From the NCBI GenBank assembly GCA_964016885.1, contig OZ024758.1:38130001-38194000 (forward strand): DNA of 64,000 nucleotides, given 5' to 3'. The notes beneath the pieces were generated by a model. It was not told where the DNA came from. It made no database searches and saw only the letters and a program-made list of their open reading frames with translations. Positions 54,750-64,000 of this stretch are shown piece after piece (position 1 is the first letter of the stretch; the number at the start of each line of letters is the position of its first letter). The translations under genes and the position numbers were made by a program. Origin of the DNA: Eledone cirrhosa (taxonomy: Eukaryota).

Positions 54750-57700
54750 TGTCAGAAGTAACTCCACTGTTGGTGAGAATTCATTTAAGTTCATGGTATT
54801 AGCTGTCAGAAGTCACTCCAATGTTGGTGAGAATTCATTTAAGTTCATGGTATTAGCTGTCAGAAGTCACTCCACTGTTGGTGAGAATTCATTTAAGTTC
54901 ATGTTACTAGCTGTCAGAAGTAACCCCAATGTTGGTGAGAATTCATTTAAGTTCATGGTATTAGCTGTCAGAAGTCACTCCAATGTTGGTGAGAATTCAT
55001 TTAAGTTCATGGTATTAGCTGTCAGAAGTAACTCCACTGTTGGTGAGAATTCATTTAAGTTCATGGTATTAGTTTGTCAGAAGTAACTCCACTGTTGGTG
55101 AGAATTCATTTAAGTCATGGTATTAGTTGTCAGAAGTAACTCCAATGTTGGTGAGAATTCATTTAAGTTCATGGTATTAGCTGTCAGAAGGAACTCCACT
55201 GTTGGTGAGAATTCATTTAAGTTCATGGTATTAGCTGTCAGAAGGAACTCCAATGTGGGTGAGAATTCATTTAAGTCATGGTACTAGCTGTCAGAAGTAA
55301 CTCCACTGTTGGTGAGAATTCATTTAAGTTCATGGTATTAGCTGTCAGAAGGAACGCCACTGTTGGTGAGAATTCATTTAAGTTCATGGTATTAGCTGTC
55401 AGAAGTAACTCCACTGTTGGTGAGAATTCATTTAAGTTCATGGTACTAGCTGTCAGAAGTAACTCCAATGTTGGTGAGAATTCATTTAAGTTCATGGTAT
55501 TAGCTGTCAGAAGGAACTCCACCGTTGGTGAGAATTCATTTAAGTTCATGGTATTAGCTGTCAGAAGTAACTCCACTGTTGGTGAGAATTCATTTAAGTC
55601 ATCGTATTAGCTGTCAGAAGTAACTCCATTGTTGGTGAGAATTCATTTAAGTCATGGTACTAGCTGTCAGAAGTAACTCCAATGTTGGTGAGAATTCATT
55701 TAAGTTCATGGTATTAGCTGTCAGAAGGAACTCCACTGTTGGTGAGAATTCATTTAAGTTCATGGTATTAGCTGTCAGAAGTAACTCCAATGTTGGTGAG
55801 AATTCATTTAAGTTCATGTTATTAGCTGTCAGAAGGAACTCCACTGTTGGTGAGAATACATTTAAGTTCATGGTACTAGCTGTCAGAAGTAACCCCAATG
55901 TTGGTGAGAATTCATTTAAGTTCATGGTATTAGCTGTCAGAAGTCACTCCAATGTTGGTGAGAATTCATTTAAGTTCATGGTATTAGCTGTCAGAAGTAA
56001 CTCCACTGTTGGTAAGAATTCATTTAAGTTCATGGTATTAGCTGTCAGAAGTAACTCCACTGTTGGTGAGAATTCATTTAAGTTCATGGTATTAGCTGTC
56101 AGAAGGAACGCCACTGTTGGTGAGAATTCATTTAAGTTCATGGTATTAGCTGTCAGAAGTAACTCCACTGTTGGTGAGAATTCATTTATGTTCATGGTAC
56201 TAGCTGTCAGAAGGAACTCCACTGTTGGTGAGAATTCATTTAAGTTCATGGTACTAGCTGTCAGAAGTAACCCCAATGTTGGTGAGAATTCATTTAAGTT
56301 CATGGTATTAGCTGTCAGAAGTAACTCCACTGTTGGTGAGAATTCATTTATGTTCATGGTACTAGCTGTCAGAAGGAACTCCACTGTTGGTGAGAATTCA
56401 TTTAAGTTCATGGTATTAGCTGTCAGAAGGAACTCCAATGTTGGTGAGAATTCATTTAAGTCATGGTACTAGCTGTCAGAAGTAACTCCACTGTTGGTGA
56501 GAATTCATTTAAGTTCATGGTATTATCTGTCAGAAGTAACTCCACTGTTGGTGAGAATTCATTTAAGTTCATGGTATTATCTGTCAGAAGTAACTCCACT
56601 GTTGGTGAGAATTCATTTAAGTTCATGGTATTATCTGTCAGAAGTAACTCCACTGTTGGTGAGAATTCATTTAAGTTCATGGTATTAGCTGTCAGAAGGA
56701 ACGCCACTGTTGGTGAGAATTCATTTAAGTTCATGGTATTATCTGTCAGAAGTAACTCCACTGTTGGTGAGAATTCATTTAAGTTCATGGTATTAGCTGT
56801 CAGAAGTCACTCCAATGTTGGTGAGAATTCATTTAAGTTCATGGTATTAGCTGTCAGAAGTCACTCCACTGTTGGTGAGAATTCATTTAAGTTCATGTTA
56901 CTAGCTGTCAGAAGTAACCCCAATGTTGGTGAGAATTCATTTAAGTTCATGGTATTAGCTGTCAGAAGTCACTCCAATGTTGGTGAGAATTCATTTAAGT
57001 TCATGGTATTAGCTGTCAGAAGTAACTCCACTGTTGGTGAGAATTCATTTAAGTTCATGGTATTAGTTTGTCAGAAGTAACTCCACTGTTGGTGAGAATT
57101 CATTTAAGTCATGGTATTAGTTGTCAGAAGTAACTCCAATGTTGGTGAGAATTCATTTAAGTTCATGGTATTAGCTGTCAGAAGGAACTCCACTGTTGGT
57201 GAGAATTCATTTAAGTTCATGGTATTAGCTGTCAGAAGGAACTCCAATGTGGGTGAGAATTCATTTAAGTCATGGTACTAGCTGTCAGAAGTAACTCCAC
57301 TGTTGGTGAGAATTCATTTAAGTTCATGGTATTAGCTGTCAGAAGGAACGCCACTGTTGGTGAGAATTCATTTAAGTTCATGGTATTAGCTGTCAGAAGT
57401 AACTCCACTGTTGGTGAGAATTCATTTAAGTTCATGGTACTAGCTGTCAGAAGTAACTCCAATGTTGGTGAGAATTCATTTAAGTTCATGGTATTAGCTG
57501 TCAGAAGGAACTCCACTGTTGGTGAGAATTCATTTAAGTTCATGGTATTAGCTGTCAGAAGTAACTCCACTGTTGGTGAGAATTCATTTAAGTCATCGTA
57601 TTAGCTGTCAGAAGTAACTCCATTGTTGGTGAGAATTCATTTAAGTCATGGTACTAGCTGTCAGAAGTAACTCCAATGTTGGTGAGAATTCATTTAAGTT

Positions 57701-58785
57701 CATGGTATTAGCTGTCAGAAGGAACTCCACTGTTGGTGAGAATTCATTTAAGTTCATGGTATTAGCTGTCAGAAGTAACTCCAATGTTGGTGAGAATTCA
57801 TTTAAGTTCATGTTATTAGCTGTCAGAAGGAACTCCACTGTTGGTGAGAATACATTTAAGTTCATGGTACTAGCTGTCAGAAGTAACCCCAATGTTGGTG
57901 AGAATTCATTTAAGTTCATGGTATTAGCTGTCAGAAGTCACTCCAATGTTGGTGAGAATTCATTTAAGTTCATGGTATTAGCTGTCAGAAGTAACTCCAC
58001 TGTTGGTAAGAATTCATTTAAGTTCATGGTATTAGCTGTCAGAAGTAACTCCACTGTTGGTGAGAATTCATTTAAGTTCATGGTATTAGCTGTCAGAAGG
58101 AACGCCACTGTTGGTGAGAATTCATTTAAGTTCATGGTATTAGCTGTCAGAAGTAACTCCACTGTTGGTGAGAATTCATTTATGTTCATGGTACTAGCTG
58201 TCAGAAGGAACTCCACTGTTGGTGAGAATTCATTTAAGTTCATGGTACTAGCTGTCAGAAGTAACCCCAATGTTGGTGAGAATTCATTTAAGTTCATGGT
58301 ATTAGCTGTCAGAAGTAACTCCACTGTTGGTGAGAATTCATTTATGTTCATGGTACTAGCTGTCAGAAGGAACTCCACTGTTGGTGAGAATTCATTTAAG
58401 TTCATGGTATTAGCTGTCAGAAGGAACTCCAATGTTGGTGAGAATTCATTTAAGTCATGGTACTAGCTGTCAGAAGTAACTCCACTGTTGGTGAGAATTC
58501 ATTTAAGTTCATGGTATTATCTGTCAGAAGTAACTCCACTGTTGGTGAGAATTCATTTAAGTTCATGGTATTATCTGTCAGAAGTAACTCCACTGTTGGT
58601 GAGAATTCATTTAAGTTCATGGTATTATCTGTCAGAAGTAACTCCACTGTTGGTGAGAATTCATTTAAGTTCATGGTATTAGCTGTCAGAAGGAACGCCA
58701 CTGTTGGTGAGAATTCATTTAAGTTCATGGTATTATCTGTCAGAAGTAACTCCACTGTTGGTGAGAATTCATTTAAGTTCATGGT
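54750..58785. repeat. 1,994-bp (37-monomer) tandem duplication
   Basis: Pairs 55278/57272, 55654/57648 and 56463/58457. Markers ATGTTACTAG, AATGTGGG, CATCGTA and the TATTATCTG cluster occur in both copies. Confidence 0.92.
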
Positions 58786-58971
58786 ACTAGCTGTCAGAAG
58801 TAACTCCAATGTTGATGAGAATTCATTTAAGTTCATGGTATTAGCTGTCAGAAGTAACTCCACTGTTGGTGAGAATTCATTTAAGTCATGGTATTAGCTG
58901 TCAGAAGTAACTCCATTGTTGGTGAGAATTCATTTAAGTCATGGTACTAGCTGTCAGAAGTAACTCCAATG

Positions 58972-61900
58972 TTGGTGAGAATTCATTTAAGTCATGGTAC
59001 TAGCTGTCAGAAGTAACTCCAATGTTGGTGAGAATTCATTTAAGTTCATGTTATTAGCTGTCAGAAGGAACTCCACTGTTGGTGAGAATACATTTAAGTT
59101 CATGGTATTAGCTGTCAGAAGTCACTCCAATGTTGGTGAGAATTCATTTAAGTTCATGGTATTAGCTGTCAGAAGTAACTCCACTGTTGGTAAGAATTCA
59201 TTTAAGTTCATGGTATTAGCTGTCAGAAGTAACTCCACTGTTGGTGAGAATTCATTTGAGTTCATGGTATTAGCTGTCAGAAGGAACGCCACTGTTGGTG
59301 AGAATTCATTTAAGTTCATGGTATTAGCTGTCAGAAGTAACTCCACTGTTGGTGAGAATTCATTTAAGTTCATGGTACTAGCTGTCAGAAGTAACTCCAA
59401 TGTTGGTGAGAATTCATTTAAGTTCTTGGTATTAGCTGTCAGAAGGAACTCCACTGTTGCTGAGAATTCATTTAAGTTCATGGTATTAGCTGTCAGAAGT
59501 AACTCCACTGTTGGTGAGAATTCATTTAAGTTCATGGTATTAGCTGTCAGAAGTCACTCCAATGTTGGTGAGAATTCATTTAAGTTCATGGTATTAGCTG
59601 TCAGAAGTCACTCCACTGTTGGTGAGAATTCATTTAAGTTCATGGTACTAGCTGTCAGAAGTAACCCCAATGTTGGTGAGAATTCATTTAAGTTCATGGT
59701 ATTAGCTGTCAGAAGTCACTCCAATGTTGGCGAGAATTCATTTAATTTCATGGTATTAGCTGTCAGAAGTAACTCCACTGTTGGTGAGAATTCATTTAAG
59801 TTCATGGTATTAGCTGTCAGAAGTAACTCCACTGTTGGTGAGAATTCATTTAAGTTCATGGTATTAGCTGTCAGAAGTAACTCCACTGTTGGTGAGAATT
59901 CATTTAAGTCATGGTATTAGCTGTCAGAAGTAACTACAATGTTGGTGAGAATTCATTTAAGTTCATGGTATTAGCTGTCAGAAGTCACTCCACTGTTGGT
60001 GAGAATTCATTTAAGTTCATGGTACTAGCTGTCAGAAGTAACCCCAATGTTGGTGAGAATTCATTTAAGTTCATGGTATTAGCTGTCAGAAGTCACTCCA
60101 ATGTTGGTGAGAATTCATTTAAGTTCATGGTATTAGCTGTCAGAAGTAACTCCACTGTTGGTGAGAATTCATTTAAGTTCATGGTATTAGCTGTCAGAAG
60201 TAACTCCACTGTTGGTGAGAATTCATTTAAGTTCATGGTATTAGCTGTCAGAAGTAACTCCACTGTTGGTGAGAATTCATTTAAGTTCATGGTATTAGCT
60301 GTCAGAAGTCACTCCAATGTTGGTGAGAATTCATTTAAGTCATGGTACTAGCTGTCAGAAGTAACTCCACTGTTGGTGAGAATTCATTTAAGTTCATGGT
60401 ATTAGCTGTCAGAAGGAACGCCACTGTTGGTGAGAATTCATTTAAGTTCATGGTATTAGCTGTCAGAAGTCACTCCAATGTTGGTGAGAATTCATTTAAG
60501 TTCATGGTATTAGCTGTCAGAAGTAACTCCACTGTTGGTGAGAATTCATTTAAGTTCATGGTATTAGTTTGTCAGAAGTAACTCCACTGTTGGTGAGAAT
60601 TCATTTAAGTCATGGTATTAGTTGTCAGAAGTAACTCCAATGTTGGTGAGAATTCATTTAAGTTCATGGTACTAGCTGTCAGAAGTAACTGCAATGTTGG
60701 TGAGAATTCATTTAAGTTCATGGTATTAGCTGTCAGAAGTAACTCCACTGTTGGTGAGAATTCATTTAAGTCATGGTATTAGCTGTCAGAAGTAACTCCA
60801 CTGTTGGTGAGAATTCATTTAAGTTCATGGTATTAGCTGTCAGAAGTAACTCCACTGTTGGTGAGAATTCATTTAAGTTCATGGTATTAGCTGTCAGAAG
60901 TAACTCCACTGTTGGTGAGAATTCATTTAATTTCATGGTATTAGCTGTCAGAAGTAACTCCACTGTTGGTGAGAATTCATTTAAGTTCATGGTATTAGCT
61001 GTCAGAAGTAACTCCACTGTTGGTGAGAATTCATTTAATTTCATGGTATTAGCTGTCAGAAGTAACTCCACTGTTGGTGAGAATTCATTTAAGTTCATGG
61101 TACTAGCTGTCAGAAGTAACTCCAATGTTGGTGAGAATTCATTTAAGTTCATGGTATTAGCTGTCAGAAGGAACTCCAATGTTGGTGAGAATTCATTTAA
61201 GTCATGGTACTAGCTGTCAGAAGTAACTCCACCGTTGGTGAGAATTCATTTAAGTCATGGTACTAGCTGTCAGAAGTAACTCCAATGTTGGTGAGAATTC
61301 ATTTAAGTTCATGTTATTAGCTGTCAGAAGGAACTCCACTGTTGGTGAGAATACATTTAAGTTCATGGTATTAGCTGTCAGAAGTCACTCCAATGTTGGT
61401 GAGAATTCATTTAAGTTCATGGTATTAGCTGTCAGAAGTAACTCCACTGTTGGTAAGAATTCATTTAAGTTCATGGTATTAGCTGTCAGAAGTAACTCCA
61501 CTGTTGGTGAGAATTCATTTGAGTTCATGGTATTAGCTGTCAGAAGGAACGCCACTGTTGGTGAGAATTCATTTAAGTTCATGGTATTAGCTGTCAGAAG
61601 TAACTCCACTGTTGGTGAGAATTCATTTAAGTTCATGGTACTAGCTGTCAGAAGTAACTCCAATGTTGGTGAGAATTCATTTAAGTTCTTGGTATTAGCT
61701 GTCAGAAGGAACTCCACTGTTGCTGAGAATTCATTTAAGTTCATGGTATTAGCTGTCAGAAGTAACTCCACTGTTGGTGAGAATTCATTTAAGTTCATGG
61801 TATTAGCTGTCAGAAGTCACTCCAATGTTGGTGAGAATTCATTTAAGTTCATGGTATTAGCTGTCAGAAGTCACTCCACTGTTGGTGAGAATTCATTTAA

Positions 61901-63517
61901 GTTCATGGTACTAGCTGTCAGAAGTAACCCCAATGTTGGTGAGAATTCATTTAAGTTCATGGTATTAGCTGTCAGAAGTCACTCCAATGTTGGCGAGAAT
62001 TCATTTAATTTCATGGTATTAGCTGTCAGAAGTAACTCCACTGTTGGTGAGAATTCATTTAAGTTCATGGTATTAGCTGTCAGAAGTAACTCCACTGTTG
62101 GTGAGAATTCATTTAAGTTCATGGTATTAGCTGTCAGAAGTAACTCCACTGTTGGTGAGAATTCATTTAAGTCATGGTATTAGCTGTCAGAAGTAACTAC
62201 AATGTTGGTGAGAATTCATTTAAGTTCATGGTATTAGCTGTCAGAAGTCACTCCACTGTTGGTGAGAATTCATTTAAGTTCATGGTACTAGCTGTCAGAA
62301 GTAACCCCAATGTTGGTGAGAATTCATTTAAGTTCATGGTATTAGCTGTCAGAAGTCACTCCAATGTTGGTGAGAATTCATTTAAGTTCATGGTATTAGC
62401 TGTCAGAAGTAACTCCACTGTTGGTGAGAATTCATTTAAGTTCATGGTATTAGCTGTCAGAAGTAACTCCACTGTTGGTGAGAATTCATTTAAGTTCATG
62501 GTATTAGCTGTCAGAAGTAACTCCACTGTTGGTGAGAATTCATTTAAGTTCATGGTATTAGCTGTCAGAAGTCACTCCAATGTTGGTGAGAATTCATTTA
62601 AGTCATGGTACTAGCTGTCAGAAGTAACTCCACTGTTGGTGAGAATTCATTTAAGTTCATGGTATTAGCTGTCAGAAGGAACGCCACTGTTGGTGAGAAT
62701 TCATTTAAGTTCATGGTATTAGCTGTCAGAAGTCACTCCAATGTTGGTGAGAATTCATTTAAGTTCATGGTATTAGCTGTCAGAAGTAACTCCACTGTTG
62801 GTGAGAATTCATTTAAGTTCATGGTATTAGTTTGTCAGAAGTAACTCCACTGTTGGTGAGAATTCATTTAAGTCATGGTATTAGTTGTCAGAAGTAACTC
62901 CAATGTTGGTGAGAATTCATTTAAGTTCATGGTACTAGCTGTCAGAAGTAACTGCAATGTTGGTGAGAATTCATTTAAGTTCATGGTATTAGCTGTCAGA
63001 AGTAACTCCACTGTTGGTGAGAATTCATTTAAGTCATGGTATTAGCTGTCAGAAGTAACTCCACTGTTGGTGAGAATTCATTTAAGTTCATGGTATTAGC
63101 TGTCAGAAGTAACTCCACTGTTGGTGAGAATTCATTTAAGTTCATGGTATTAGCTGTCAGAAGTAACTCCACTGTTGGTGAGAATTCATTTAATTTCATG
63201 GTATTAGCTGTCAGAAGTAACTCCACTGTTGGTGAGAATTCATTTAAGTTCATGGTATTAGCTGTCAGAAGTAACTCCACTGTTGGTGAGAATTCATTTA
63301 ATTTCATGGTATTAGCTGTCAGAAGTAACTCCACTGTTGGTGAGAATTCATTTAAGTTCATGGTACTAGCTGTCAGAAGTAACTCCAATGTTGGTGAGAA
63401 TTCATTTAAGTTCATGGTATTAGCTGTCAGAAGGAACTCCAATGTTGGTGAGAATTCATTTAAGTCATGGTACTAGCTGTCAGAAGTAACTCCACCGTTG
63501 GTGAGAATTCATTTAAG
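58972..63517. repeat. 2,263-bp (42-monomer) tandem duplication
   Basis: Pairs 58994/61257, 59911/62174, 60342/62605 and 60773/63036. Markers TTTGAGTTC, TTCTTGG, ACTGCAAT and CCACCGTT occur in both copies. Confidence 0.92.
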
Positions 63518-64000
63518 TTCATGGTACTAGCTGTCAGAAGTAACTCCAATGTTGGTGAGAATTCATTTAAGTTCATGGTATTAGCTGTCAGAAGTAACTC
63601 CACTGTTGGTGAGAATTCATTTAAGTCATGGTATTAGCTGTCAGAAGTAACTCCACTGTTGGTGAGAATTCATTTAAGTTCATGGTATTAGCTGTCAGAA
63701 GTAACTCCACTGTTGGTGAGAATTCATTTAAGTTCATGGTACTAGCTGTCAGAAGTAACTCCAATGTTGGTGAGAATTCATTTAAGTTCATGGTATTAGC
63801 TGTCAGAAGTAACTCCACTGTTGGTGAGAATTCATTTAAGTCATGGTATTAGCTGTCAGAAGTAACTCCACTGTTGGTGAGAATTCATTTAAGTTCATGG
63901 TATTAGCTGTCAGAAGTAACTCCACTGTTGGTGAGAATTCATTTAAGTTCATGGTATTAGCTGTCAGAAGTAACTCCACTGTTGGTGAGAATTCATTTAA

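Larger units (their letters stand above)
1..64000. repeat. 54-bp tandem satellite DNA array (~1,190 head-to-tail monomers; both ends extend beyond the window)
   Basis: Every line is a phase of ATGGTATTAGCTGTCAGAAGTAACTCCACTGTTGGTGAGAATTCATTTAAGTTC, usually with only a few changes per monomer. Common variants: TATTAG/TACTAG, CCACTG/CCAATG, AAGTAAC/AAGGAAC/AAGTCAC, a 1-bp deletion AAGTTCATG>AAGTCATG and a 1-bp gain TAGCTGTC>TAGTTTGTC. Orientation is the same throughout. Confidence 0.99.

Noticed and set aside
74-63852. Hundreds of ORFs of 61-362 aa on both strands (e.g. 38359-39447, 54037-55086)
   Set aside because: They are translations of the 54-bp unit, broken every few monomers by 1-bp frameshifts. 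Most common variants are non-synonymous, and there are no unique N- or C-terminal domains or gene context.
1-64000. CRISPR array or other repeat-spacer system
   Set aside because: There are no unique spacers. The variable part differs by only a few recurrent substitutions, and there is no leader or cas gene.
1-64000. Antigenic-variation cassette array or combinatorial code of monomer variants
   Set aside because: Variant order is explained by nested duplications. No expression site, recombinase or flanking recombination signal is present.
1-64000. Telomeric repeat (TTTAGG and TTAG-like words in some variants)
   Set aside because: These are isolated single hexamers created by point substitution and are never tandem.
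1-64000. Tandem tRNA, 5S, snRNA or spliced-leader RNA gene array
   Set aside because: The unit is only 54 bp, with no recognisable cloverleaf, 5S sequence, pol III A/B boxes, spacer or T-run terminator.
1-64000. CENP-B box
   Set aside because: The motif needs TTCG and CGGG cores. The consensus has no CpG and I saw no variant producing the motif.
1-64000. Synthetic concatemer or sequencing artefact suggested by the EcoRI site in each unit
   Set aside because: Uniform orientation and hierarchically inherited SNPs and indels fit natural array evolution, not ligation or random error.
1-64000. Lack of CpG as evidence for a methylating (e.g. vertebrate) host
   Set aside because: Only about two CpGs are expected in a 54-bp, 37% GC unit, so absence is not informative about taxonomy.

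Overview
The whole 64 kb window is one uninterrupted head-to-tail tandem array of a 54-bp satellite, about 1,190 copies. The consensus is ATGGTATTAGCTGTCAGAAGTAACTCCACTGTTGGTGAGAATTCATTTAAGTTC (37% GC, one EcoRI site, no CpG). I saw no unique sequence, inversion, transposon insertion, RNA gene, CRISPR array or credible protein gene. The ORFs in the track arise because 54 is a multiple of 3 and one frame per strand lacks a stop. The informative structure is the order of monomer variants: a 32-monomer (1,723-bp) higher-order repeat at about 1-11.7 kb, followed by nested, in-register block duplications with periods of about 0.27, 0.43, 1.0, 2.0, 2.1, 2.3, 2.7, 3.0, 3.4, 5.4-5.7, 5.8, 6.8 and 7.2 kb. 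The set of variants changes at about 35.7-37.3 kb. This architecture is typical of eukaryotic (peri)centromeric or heterochromatic satellite DNA evolving by unequal exchange or break-induced replication. I cannot name the organism or satellite family, and the sequence does not support a new gene-based system. Block boundaries are estimated by eye from diagnostic SNPs and ORF-track offsets.
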